DNA from: an uncultured Lachnoclostridium sp.
GTDB taxonomy: Bacteria > Bacillota > Clostridia > Lachnospirales > Lachnospiraceae
Length of the DNA stretch: 64,000 nucleotides
Direction of reading: 5' to 3'
Assembly (NCBI GenBank): GCA_945786935.1
Contig: CALZFY010000002.1
Location: 3,502-67,501, forward strand
Shown here piece by piece: positions 28,664 through 37,281 of the stretch; positions within the stretch are counted from its first letter, which is position 1, and each line of letters starts with the position of its first letter. The position numbers and the translations under genes were made by a program. The notes beneath the pieces are model-generated. The model was given only the letters and a program-made list of their open reading frames with translations, did no database searches and was not told the DNA's origin.

Positions 28664-30136
28664 GTGGTAGAATTCTATGAGGGCATTGTTCATGTTTTTC
28701 AGTTTTTATGGCAGCATGCATTTGTTATCAACATCCTGCTGGCAGTGACCATTGTGTTTTTTGAACGCAGAGATCCCAAAACGGTCTGGACCTGGCTTTT
28801 ATTGCTCTACTTTATCCCGGGACTTGGATTTATCCTTTATCTCATCATTGGGCAGGATATGAGAAAGAGCAAGATGTTTAAAAACAAAGAGCTGGAAGAT
28901 GCGATTTCTTCAGCGGTGTTAAAACAGGAGCAGAAAGTAAAGAACAAGGAAATATTTACCCTTGATAACGGAAAGTTGGCACGCTATCATGATCTGGTCA
29001 TGTACAATCTTTCTGCCGCAAAATCCGTGTATACAGATGACAATGAAGTGGAAATCTATACGGACGGGAAGGAATATTTTAAAGAAGTATACAAAACCAT
29101 CGAAAATGCGAAGGAATTTGTCCATATTCAGTCCTACATTGTGAAAGACGATGAGCTGTGGCAGGGCTTGGAAGAGCTTCTGGAAAGAAAGGTGAAAGAA
29201 GGCGTCAGGGTTCGGATCCTTTACGATAGTATGGGATGCCGCAGTATGGGTAAACGAAGATGGGATGAGATCCGTAAGAAAGGAATCTTTGTGGGAGAAT
29301 TTTTTCCGGCATTTTTCCGCCGTCTTCACCTTCGTGTCAATTACCGAAACCACAGAAAGATCATTGTGGTAGATGGGAAATGTGCTTATGTAGGCGGTTA
29401 TAATATCGGCAGGGAATATCTGGGACTGGAACAGAAATTCGGCTATTGGAGAGACACCCATTTAAAAATCACCGGTTCAGCAGCAGTGAGCCTTCATATT
29501 AGGTTTGTTTTGGACTGGAATTATGCCACAAAGGAAAATCTTTTTCAGGAAAAGGGTATGGTGCGGGAATTTGAACCGGGTCATGGAACTGACGGAGTTC
29601 AGATCATTTCCAGTGGACCGGATACCATCAATGAGGAAATCAGGGATAATTATCAGAAGATCATCGGAAAGGCAAGAGATCATGTGTACATTCAGACACC
29701 CTATTTTGTACCCGATGACATCATTCTGAATGAAATCAAAATGGCTGCATATTCCGGCATTGATGTTAAGATCATGGTGCCATGTAAGCCTGATCACCCC
29801 TTCGTCTACTGGGCAACCTACTCCTATCTTGGGGAACTTTTAGATGCGGGAGCAAGATGTTACGTCTATAACAACGGCTTTTTACATGCAAAGGGAGTTA
29901 TGGGTGATGGTCTGGTCTGCAGCTACGGAACAGCCAACATGGATGTGCGAAGCTTTCAGTTGAATTTTGAGGTAAATGCGACCATATACAGTGAAAAAAC
30001 AACATCCCGGCTGGAGAAGATATTTGAAGAGGATCTGTTACAATGCACAGAGATCACAAAAGAAATGTATGATAACCGCAGTTTGATCATCCGCTTCAAG
30101 GAACAGTTTTCAAGACTGTTTTCAGAAATATTATAA
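28664..30136 (+). CDS. cls: cardiolipin synthase
   Basis: Two PLD HKD motifs (NHRKIIVVDG, LHAKGVMGDG) and two N-terminal TM helices. GTG start with AGGAGG upstream. Confidence 0.9.
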   Translation: MVEFYEGIVHVFQFLWQHAFVINILLAVTIVFFERRDPKTVWTWLLLLYFIPGLGFILYLIIGQDMRKSKMFKNKELEDAISSAVLKQEQKVKNKEIFTLDNGKLARYHDLVMYNLSAAKSVYTDDNEVEIYTDGKEYFKEVYKTIENAKEFVHIQSYIVKDDELWQGLEELLERKVKEGVRVRILYDSMGCRSMGKRRWDEIRKKGIFVGEFFPAFFRRLHLRVNYRNHRKIIVVDGKCAYVGGYNIGREYLGLEQKFGYWRDTHLKITGSAAVSLHIRFVLDWNYATKENLFQEKGMVREFEPGHGTDGVQIISSGPDTINEEIRDNYQKIIGKARDHVYIQTPYFVPDDIILNEIKMAAYSGIDVKIMVPCKPDHPFVYWATYSYLGELLDAGARCYVYNNGFLHAKGVMGDGLVCSYGTANMDVRSFQLNFEVNATIYSEKTTSRLEKIFEEDLLQCTEITKEMYDNRSLIIRFKEQFSRLFSEIL

Positions 30137-30163
30137 GTACAAAACAGTTACAGAAAGGAATTT

Positions 30164-31258
30164 ATGATTGTGAAAAAAAGATTATTGGCACTGCTCATTG
30201 CAGGCTGCATGGTGTTTAGCATGACAGCATGCGGAAATGAAAAAAAAGAGGAAGAAAAAGATACGACAGGTTCAGAAACTACGGAAACTGTAGATACCAG
30301 TGCGCTGGGTAAGAGTACCTTGGAAAAGCTGGGAGAATATAAGGGTCTTACCTATACGCCGATGGATACCACATTGACAGACGAGGAAGTAGAATCTCAG
30401 GTTCAGAATTTTGTAAACAGCAATCCGACAAAGGTGAGCCAGGATGTTGTAGGAGAAACCTCCATCGTCAATATTGACTATGTAGGAAAAAAAGATGGTG
30501 TGGCCTTTGACGGCGGTACCGCACAGGGACAGGAACTTGATATTGCAAACAGCGGTTATATTCCGGGATTTGCAGAAAGTATCGTGGGAATGAAGGTAGG
30601 AGAAACAAAGGACTGCCCTATGACCTTCCCGGAGGATTATCATTCAGAAGATTTAGCCGGTGCTGACGTTGTATTCACTATTACCGTCAATGAATGCTGG
30701 GAAAATGTGGACTCCGAATTAAATGATGAGTTTGCAGCTGCCAACGGCTATGAGAATGTGGATGAGATCTATGCTGTCATGAGAGAAAACCTGGTATCTT
30801 CAAAGAATCAGGAGGCGGAAGCGGACAGACAGTATCAGCTGATTCAAAAAGCCATTGATAACAGCACCTTTGCTATGGATGAAGATGAGATTGCACTTTA
30901 TGTCAGTGACCTTCAGGCTCAGTACGAAACCTATGCTTCCTATTTTGGCATGGATCTGGAAAGCTATGTAACCACAGCTTCCGGCATGACCATGGAAGAA
31001 TTTGAAGCCCAGTGCAGGGAGATCGCTCTTTACAGAATCCAGAGCCCTCTTGTTCTCTCGGCAATTGCCGAGGCGGAAGGACTGGAAGTATCTGATGAAG
31101 AGTATGAACAGAGAGCTTCTGTGTATCAGGAAAACTACGGCTATGAAACTCTGGAAGAATTGGAAGAGGCTTATACAAAGGAAACCGTGCTTTTACAGGT
31201 GACGGCAGATATGGCCAGAGATTTTCTGGTGGAAAACGCAGTAGCAGAGGAAAAATAG
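30164..31258 (+). CDS. trigger-factor-like lipoprotein with FKBP-type PPIase domain
   Basis: Lipobox LIAGCMVFSMTAC and an FKBP segment (VNIDYVGKKDGVAFDGG...GFAESIVGMKVGE). Confidence 0.7.
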   Translation: MIVKKRLLALLIAGCMVFSMTACGNEKKEEEKDTTGSETTETVDTSALGKSTLEKLGEYKGLTYTPMDTTLTDEEVESQVQNFVNSNPTKVSQDVVGETSIVNIDYVGKKDGVAFDGGTAQGQELDIANSGYIPGFAESIVGMKVGETKDCPMTFPEDYHSEDLAGADVVFTITVNECWENVDSELNDEFAAANGYENVDEIYAVMRENLVSSKNQEAEADRQYQLIQKAIDNSTFAMDEDEIALYVSDLQAQYETYASYFGMDLESYVTTASGMTMEEFEAQCREIALYRIQSPLVLSAIAEAEGLEVSDEEYEQRASVYQENYGYETLEELEEAYTKETVLLQVTADMARDFLVENAVAEEK

Positions 31259-31259
31259 T

Positions 31260-31862
31260 TTGAGATATTATATTTCAGATCTGCATTTTTATCATGAAAG
31301 TCTGATCACTCAGATGGACTGCCGGGGCTTTCGGGACCAGCAGGACATGCATGAGCATATGATCACCCAGTGGAACCGGCGAGTCCGCAAAAACGATGAG
31401 GTGGTGGTACTGGGTGATCTGTCTATGGAAAAGTGGGAAAAGACAAAGGAGATTGTAGATCAGCTGAAAGGAAAAATTTATCTTATTTCCGGTAATCATG
31501 ACCGCTTTATCAAGGATAAGGAATTTGATGCTTCCCGTTTCGTGTGGGTGCGTTCCTATGCGGAAATGCATGATAACGGCAGAAAGGTGATTCTCTCCCA
31601 TTATCCGGTTATGTGCTATAACGGCCAGAATCGTCTCAGTAAACATGGAAATCCCAAAACCTACATGCTTCATGGCCATGTGCACGATACCCTGGATCAG
31701 AGACTTTTGGAGGAATTTCAGAAGATCACCCGAAACACCTTACGTGGTGATGCACCCATTCCCTGTAATCTTCTAAACTGCTTTTGCATGTATTCGGACT
31801 ACACCCCCTGGGGGCTTGATGAGTGGATCGCTTATCATGAAGAAAAAATGAAAAGCTCCTAG
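31260..31862 (+). CDS. metallophosphoesterase family protein
   Basis: ISDLHFYH, GDL, GNHD and GHVH motifs. TTG start. Confidence 0.75.
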   Translation: MRYYISDLHFYHESLITQMDCRGFRDQQDMHEHMITQWNRRVRKNDEVVVLGDLSMEKWEKTKEIVDQLKGKIYLISGNHDRFIKDKEFDASRFVWVRSYAEMHDNGRKVILSHYPVMCYNGQNRLSKHGNPKTYMLHGHVHDTLDQRLLEEFQKITRNTLRGDAPIPCNLLNCFCMYSDYTPWGLDEWIAYHEEKMKSS

Positions 31863-31867
31863 GAAGA

Positions 31868-31896
31868 GAATAGAAAAATTATCCCCTGCATACATT
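31868..31896 (+). promoter_or_regulatory. sigma-E-like promoter for spoIIID
   Basis: GAATAGA-N14-CATACATT resembles the recalled B. subtilis sigma-E consensus (ATA-containing -35, CATACAnT -10). Confidence 0.4.
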
Positions 31897-31926
31897 GTAA
31901 AAATGATGTTTGCAGGGGATTTTTTT
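31881..31926 (+). terminator. terminator after the metallophosphoesterase gene; it overlaps the spoIIID promoter and Shine-Dalgarno site
   Basis: 10-bp stem ATCCCCTGCA / TGCAGGGGAT, a 20-nt loop, and a T7 run. Confidence 0.75.
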
Positions 31927-32185
31927 GAAAGATTATATTGAAGAAAGAGCCGTGGAAGTCGCTTGTTATATTATTGAAAATAACGCAACGGTCAGACAAG
32001 CGGCAAAGAAATTTGGCATCTCCAAATCTACGGTACATAAGGATTGTACGGACCGTCTCCTGGTAATTAATCCTGCACTGGCCAGGGAAGTGCGTGGTGT
32101 ATTGGAGATTAATAAACAGGAGAGACACATCAGAGGAGGTATGGCCACCAGAGAAAAATATCTGCATAAGCAGGAACATGCATAA
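31925..32185 (+). CDS. spoIIID: sporulation transcriptional regulator SpoIIID
   Basis: (M)KDYIEERAVEVACYIIENNATVRQAAKKFGISKSTVHKD aligns from residue 1 with B. subtilis SpoIIID as I recall it. The TTG start follows AGGGGA. The track start at 31910 lies inside a terminator stem. Confidence 0.85.
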   Translation: MKDYIEERAVEVACYIIENNATVRQAAKKFGISKSTVHKDCTDRLLVINPALAREVRGVLEINKQERHIRGGMATREKYLHKQEHA

Positions 32186-32187
32186 CG

Positions 32188-32224
32188 AAAATGCCGGGGC
32201 AGAAAACTGACCTGGCATTTTTTC
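32188..32224. terminator. bidirectional terminator between spoIIID and the AraC gene
   Basis: TGCCGGG / CCTGGCA stem flanked by an A-tract and a T-tract. Confidence 0.7.
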
Positions 32225-32234
32225 GTAAAACCTC

Positions 32235-33116
32235 TTAATTCTTTTCAGGATTTTGAATATAAAAATCCTTATATTCCCTGGGAGAAATTCCGTATTCTTT
32301 TTTGAAGGCCCGAAAGAAACTGGTGTAGTCTTTAAAGCCAAAGCGCGGATAGACACTGGTGATGCTGTCATTACTAAGAATGGCATCCCGGCACATGGAA
32401 AGCCGTTTTTTGGTAATGTATTGATGGACGGAAATTCCAAAGTTCTCCTTGAAAATGTGGGAAATATGATATTTGCTCACAAAGAACACCCTTGCCAGTT
32501 CATCTAAAGATAAATCCTCCTCCAGATGAGATTCAATGTATTGAAGAAGATTGTCGTAGAGCGCATCGGCCGCTTTGGCAGCTGCAGGATGTTCCATTTC
32601 ATAAACAGCACGGTTTAAGTGAAGCACAAGATCGTTAACACACAGCTCGATCTTTGCAGCCTTGCCGAAACGGTTAGCATGAATCTCTTCCAGCAGTCGG
32701 AAAATTTTCGCCTGAAGGGCATTGAAGGCAATGAGATCAAAGTGAAAGATATACTTCTTGCTTTTACATACGAAATCTGTCAGGTAAGTGTAATCAGGAG
32801 AAATTTCCCCAAGGCGTTTTGCATAATCGGTACTGATCCAGAAAACAAAACGCTGATAAGCCAGCCCATCCTCAGATTTAAAAGCATGATGGTCAATACC
32901 CGGAGGAATTAAGATCATGTCTCCCGGCTTTAACCCAAAGTTCTTCCCCTCGATGGACATGGACACATTGCCTTCTATAAATAAGTAAAATTCAAAATAG
33001 TCATGGGTATGATCTTTGACCCCTGCAAAATGGCTGTCATTATAATAGAAAATTTCGAAGTCCTTCGACAGCATGTATTTTCGGGGACTGAATTTTGATT
33101 GGAGATTTTTTTTCAT
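32235..33116 (-). CDS. AraC-family transcriptional regulator (cupin plus HTH)
   Basis: Cupin N-domain and C-terminal HTH_18 (LARVFFVSKYHISHIFKENFGISVHQY). Divergent from eda. Confidence 0.85.
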   Translation of the reverse strand: MKKNLQSKFSPRKYMLSKDFEIFYYNDSHFAGVKDHTHDYFEFYLFIEGNVSMSIEGKNFGLKPGDMILIPPGIDHHAFKSEDGLAYQRFVFWISTDYAKRLGEISPDYTYLTDFVCKSKKYIFHFDLIAFNALQAKIFRLLEEIHANRFGKAAKIELCVNDLVLHLNRAVYEMEHPAAAKAADALYDNLLQYIESHLEEDLSLDELARVFFVSKYHISHIFKENFGISVHQYITKKRLSMCRDAILSNDSITSVYPRFGFKDYTSFFRAFKKEYGISPREYKDFYIQNPEKN

Positions 33117-33196
33117 AGTGCTTCACCTGAGAATAAAATGGACATTTGACAAAAAAACTGGAAACAACAGGTTTCAGATACGAAAATATTAACATG

Positions 33197-33265
33197 ACAC
33201 CGCAAGTTTTGCAACGTGAACAACAAAATAGACTATTGGAATTTGAAGGTTCATTCATGTATACT
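33197..33265 (+). promoter_or_regulatory. conserved cis-module plus promoter upstream of eda (copy A)
   Basis: 51 of 69 positions are identical in register with 51617-51685. The conserved blocks are GCAAGTTTTGCAA, AACAACAAAATAG, TGGAAT (-35), a 17-nt spacer, and TCATGTATACT (-10). Confidence 0.65.
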
Positions 33266-33378
33266 GTCAGTATAAGGAAACTCTGAATAAAGAGAGCTTT
33301 TTGCTTCGTATCTGGAAGGCGCTGAACAGATACGGGCAGATGAAAATATTAAACATGAAGTGTGAAAGGAAAAAAGTT

Positions 33379-34020
33379 ATGCACGCAGAAATTTTAGAAA
33401 AAATCAAAAAAGTTGGTATTGTTCCGGTCGTTGTTCTTGAGGATGCAAAGAATGCAGCACCTCTTGCAAAAGCCCTGATCGAAGGCGGACTTCCATGTGC
33501 GGAGGTAACCTTCAGAACTGCCTGTGCGGAAGAATGCATTAAGATCATGCACGAACAGTACCCGGAAATTCTTCTTGGTGCAGGAACTGTGCTGACTACA
33601 GAACAGGTAGACCGTGCAGTGGCAGCCGGTGCAGAATTTATCGTAAGCCCGGGCTTTGATCCGGAAATCGTTGACTACTGTCTGTCTAAGAATATCATGG
33701 TATTACCGGGATGTATCACACCATCAGAGGTTGCACAGGCTGTAAAGAGAGGATTAAAGGTTGTAAAATTTTTCCCGGCAGAACAGTTCGGCGGACTTGC
33801 TACTTTAAAAGCATTAGCAGCTCCCTATGTAGATATGCAGTTCATGCCAACCGGCGGTGTCAGTGCTAAGAATGTAAGAGAATATCTTGGATATAACAGA
33901 CTGGTTGCCTGCGGCGGAAGCTGGATGGTAAAGGGTGACCTTGTAAAAGCCGGAGACTTCGAAAGAATCGTTGAACTTACCAAAGAAGCAGCAGCCATTG
34001 TAAAGGAAGTTCGAGGCTAA
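33379..34020 (+). CDS. eda: KHG/KDPG aldolase (2-dehydro-3-deoxy-phosphogluconate / 4-hydroxy-2-oxoglutarate aldolase)
   Basis: VPVVVLEDAKNAAPLAKALIEGGLPCAEVTFRT, KFFPAE and MPTGGV motifs. ATG 33379 chosen. Confidence 0.9.
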   Translation: MHAEILEKIKKVGIVPVVVLEDAKNAAPLAKALIEGGLPCAEVTFRTACAEECIKIMHEQYPEILLGAGTVLTTEQVDRAVAAGAEFIVSPGFDPEIVDYCLSKNIMVLPGCITPSEVAQAVKRGLKVVKFFPAEQFGGLATLKALAAPYVDMQFMPTGGVSAKNVREYLGYNRLVACGGSWMVKGDLVKAGDFERIVELTKEAAAIVKEVRG

Positions 34021-34093
34021 TACACTTCATTGTAAAAAATGCGTGGCGGTCTGCTTGAAATCAGGCAGGAAGCCACGCTTTTTATTTCGTGTT

Positions 34094-35020
34094 TTAAGTA
34101 AAGTTCGGTCTCATGGTAGTGGAGCCTCCCTCCACATACTCAGCCTCACCGGATTTTCGGTGATAATAGGTCATCTTGTAACTGTCAGGATCCACCTGAG
34201 AGGAAAAATCTGTAGGGGAGTATCCGGTAATTTCCTTAAATACCCTGTTAAAGCTGCGGATATTGGAAAAACCGCAATCCAGTGCAATGTCGATCATGCG
34301 GTGCTGGCTGCTGCCCAACAGAGAAATGGCCTGCTCGATTCGTACCATGTTCACATAAGTGACATAATTCATTCCCATAAGCTTTTTGAAGGTCTTGGAA
34401 AAATGGCTTGGAGAAAAATGCATCATGGAGGCAGCATATTCTAAAGTCAGATCTTCTGCATAATGACTGTCTATATGGTCTAAAAGTTCCTGAAACTCGC
34501 CAAGCATCCGTGCCCTGCGGCTGTGGTCAGCAGCCTTTTCTTCTCTGGGAAGCTTCCTCTTTAATAAAAACCAGAATTCCCGAAGTGCAGAAGTGACAAT
34601 GTCTTTGTAGTAGGGCTGCTTTTGGGAAAGCTCCGTTGGAATCAGGGAAAAAAGCCGCTCTAAAGGTTCGGCAAGACACAAATTTTCCAATTCCTGTGCA
34701 GTCACCAGGGGCATTTTAAAATGTGGGTTTTGAAAGCCGGAGCTAATGATAGTCGTATCGAAGATCAGGAAGGCTAAGTGGTTCGTTGTATGATAGGAAT
34801 CACTGTAATGGATCTGTCCGCTCTCGCAGATGACCAGATCTCCTGCATGAGCGGTAAAGCTCTGATCTGACACATGAAAGCTGGCTTCGCCTGAACGTAC
34901 ATATACCAGCTCTATTTCTTTTTGCCAGTGTGCTACAAAGCTGATATTCTCATAATCTGAACACCATACCATCAAATCTGAATTGTAATTTCGAATCTCA
35001 TGAAATGCTTTCATATTCAT
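34094..35020 (-). CDS. AraC-family transcriptional regulator
   Basis: Cupin N-domain plus HTH_18 (IALDCGFSNIRSFNRVFKEITGYSPTDF). Divergent from fucI. Confidence 0.85.
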   Translation of the reverse strand: MNMKAFHEIRNYNSDLMVWCSDYENISFVAHWQKEIELVYVRSGEASFHVSDQSFTAHAGDLVICESGQIHYSDSYHTTNHLAFLIFDTTIISSGFQNPHFKMPLVTAQELENLCLAEPLERLFSLIPTELSQKQPYYKDIVTSALREFWFLLKRKLPREEKAADHSRRARMLGEFQELLDHIDSHYAEDLTLEYAASMMHFSPSHFSKTFKKLMGMNYVTYVNMVRIEQAISLLGSSQHRMIDIALDCGFSNIRSFNRVFKEITGYSPTDFSSQVDPDSYKMTYYHRKSGEAEYVEGGSTTMRPNFT

Positions 35021-35236
35021 TACTCCCGAAAGTGAACCTTAAAATCTGCTACAAACTTGGAAAATAGAAAAAATATATGCTAAGAATATCAAATATCACA
35101 AAAAATGTCCATATCAAATCATTTTTTTGCGTGCATTATGAAAAAATCTATTGTATAATTAGTACACAAAACCAAGTTAGAGAGGGTTTGACTTGGTGAT
35201 ATTGCGCATAAATTATATAATGGAGGTACACGTAAA

Positions 35237-37036
35237 ATGGCAGAGAGCAGATTAATCGGCGGTTATCCGGTAATTGGTATCAGACCTACAATCGACGGAC
35301 GTAGAGGAGCTTTAAAGGTTCGTGAAAGTCTTGAAGACCAGACCATGGGTATGGCTCAGGCAGCGAAAAAACTGTTTGAGGAAAACTTAAAATACTCTAA
35401 CGGAGAACCTGTAAAGGTTGTGATTGCCGACACTACAATCGGACGTGTTGCTGAAGCAGCAGCTTGCGAAGAAAAATTCAGAAGAGAAGGCGTTGCTATC
35501 ACATTAACTGTTACACCATGCTGGTGCTACGGTTCTGAAACAATGGATATGGACCCGACTACCATCAAAGCTGTTTGGGGATGCAACAAAACAGAAAGAC
35601 CAGGTGCTGTATACTTAGCATCCGTTCTTGCAACACATGCACAGAAAGGACTTCCTGCATTCGGTATTTACGGACATGATGTACAGGATATCGAAGACGG
35701 AGAAATTCCTGCAGACGTTGAAGAAAAATTATTAAGATTCGGACGTGCAGCAGTTGCAGCAGCTTCCATGAGAGGAAAATCTTACTTACAGATCGGTTCT
35801 ATCTGTATGGGTATTGGCGGATCTATCATTGATTCTGATTTCCTTGAAAGCTACCTTGGCATGAGAGTTGAATCAGTTGACGAAGTAGAAATCATCCGTC
35901 GTATGACAGAAGGTATCTATGATGAAGCTGAATTCCAGAAAGCTCTTGCATGGGCAAAAGAAAAATGCGTTATGGGATTTGACAAGAATCCGGACGAATT
36001 AAAGATGAGCGAAGAAAAGAAAGCTGAACAGTTCGAATTCGTTGTTAAGATGGCAGTTATCATCAAAGACTTAATGAACGGAAACAAGAACTTACCGGCA
36101 GGCTGTGAAGAAGAAGCAGTTGGACACAACGCTATCGCAGCTGGTTTCCAGGGACAGAGACAGTGGACAGACTTCTATCCAAACGGTGACTTCGCAGAAG
36201 CAGTATTAAATACATCCTTCGACTGGAACGGAGCAAGAGAACCATATATCCTTGCTACAGAAAACGACGTTCTCAACGGTCTTGGTATGTTATTCATGAA
36301 ACTCCTTACAAACAGAGCACAGATGTTTGCTGATGTTCGTACATACTGGAGCGGTGATGCAATTAAGAGAGTTACAGGATATGAAATCGAAGGCGTTGCA
36401 AAACAGGCTGATGGTATCATCCACTTAATCAACTCCGGTGCTTGCTGTCTGGATGCTAACGCAGAAGCAAAAGACGAAAACGGCACTGCAGTGATGAAAC
36501 CTTGGTATGAAGTAACTGAAGCTGATCAGGATGCGATCATGGCAGCTACTACATGGAACCCGGCTGACAACGGATACTTCCGTGGCGGCGGATTCTCTTC
36601 AAGATTCGAAACAACAGCTACCATGCCTGCAACTATGATCCGTCTCAACCTTGTAAAAGGTTTAGGACCGGTTCTTCAGATCGCAGAAGGATGGACAGTA
36701 GGACTTCCGGCAGAAGTATCTGATACACTTTGGAAGAGAACAGACTACACATGGCCATGTACATGGTTTGCTCCAAGATGTGATGGTAAAGAAGGTTCTC
36801 AGTTCAAGACAGCTTATGAAGTAATGAACAACTGGGGTGCTAACCACGGTGCAATCTCTTACGGACACATCGGTGCTGACTTAATCACCATGTGCTCTAT
36901 CTTAAGAATTCCAGTATGTATGCACAACGTACCAGATGAAAAGATCTTCAGACCGGCAGCATGGAATGCATTTGGTTCTGACAAAGAAGGCGCTGACTAC
37001 AGAGCATGTGCAACTTACGGACCATTCTACAAATAA
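35237..37036 (+). CDS. fucI: L-fucose isomerase
   Basis: 599 aa. The N-terminus [25 protein letters not shown] and overall length are typical of FucI. Confidence 0.92.
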   Translation: MAESRLIGGYPVIGIRPTIDGRRGALKVRESLEDQTMGMAQAAKKLFEENLKYSNGEPVKVVIADTTIGRVAEAAACEEKFRREGVAITLTVTPCWCYGSETMDMDPTTIKAVWGCNKTERPGAVYLASVLATHAQKGLPAFGIYGHDVQDIEDGEIPADVEEKLLRFGRAAVAAASMRGKSYLQIGSICMGIGGSIIDSDFLESYLGMRVESVDEVEIIRRMTEGIYDEAEFQKALAWAKEKCVMGFDKNPDELKMSEEKKAEQFEFVVKMAVIIKDLMNGNKNLPAGCEEEAVGHNAIAAGFQGQRQWTDFYPNGDFAEAVLNTSFDWNGAREPYILATENDVLNGLGMLFMKLLTNRAQMFADVRTYWSGDAIKRVTGYEIEGVAKQADGIIHLINSGACCLDANAEAKDENGTAVMKPWYEVTEADQDAIMAATTWNPADNGYFRGGGFSSRFETTATMPATMIRLNLVKGLGPVLQIAEGWTVGLPAEVSDTLWKRTDYTWPCTWFAPRCDGKEGSQFKTAYEVMNNWGANHGAISYGHIGADLITMCSILRIPVCMHNVPDEKIFRPAAWNAFGSDKEGADYRACATYGPFYK

Positions 37037-37063
37037 TTGGTTTGATCTAAAATGTAATTTAGA

Positions 37064-37090
37064 AGAGGGCGGATTTCCCGCCCTCTTTTA
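37064..37090 (+). terminator. rho-independent terminator after fucI
   Basis: AGAGGGCGG / CCGCCCTCT 9-bp stem with a 5-nt loop, followed by TTTT. Confidence 0.85.
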
Positions 37091-37172
37091 CTGTTCACTC
37101 CGTTCCGGTAACTGGCAAAAATCGGGATTTTCTTACGAAAACCCTTGCGGAATAGTGACGTCTGTACAGTAA
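37088..37172 (+). repeat. interspersed repeat, long copy (TTACTGT...ACAGTAA termini, 34-nt core, internal hairpin)
   Basis: The core at 37090-37123 is 31/34 identical to 20662-20695. The termini TTACTGT (37088) and ACAGTAA (37166) are complementary. Confidence 0.7.
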
Positions 37173-37281
37173 CCTCTTGCTTGCTATAGCAGGAAAAACT
37201 TGTTAATATGATAGTAGGAACAAAAAAGAGCAGCGCCGGATTTTTGCGCTGCAGATTTTAAAATAAGTGCGGGAAGAAAAT

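Noticed and set aside
28919-29461. 180-aa ORF antisense to cls, together with similar long antisense ORFs at 31275-31685, 37966-38385, 38997-39419, 58000-58422 and 61964-62434.
   Set aside because: Each lies fully inside a well-supported gene on the other strand. They lack Shine-Dalgarno sites and have low-complexity, Cys/His/Phe-rich translations typical of shadow frames.
31859-32440. 193-aa minus-strand ORF spanning spoIIID and the 3' end of the AraC gene.
   Set aside because: It overlaps two homology-supported genes and a bidirectional terminator. It is a shadow ORF.
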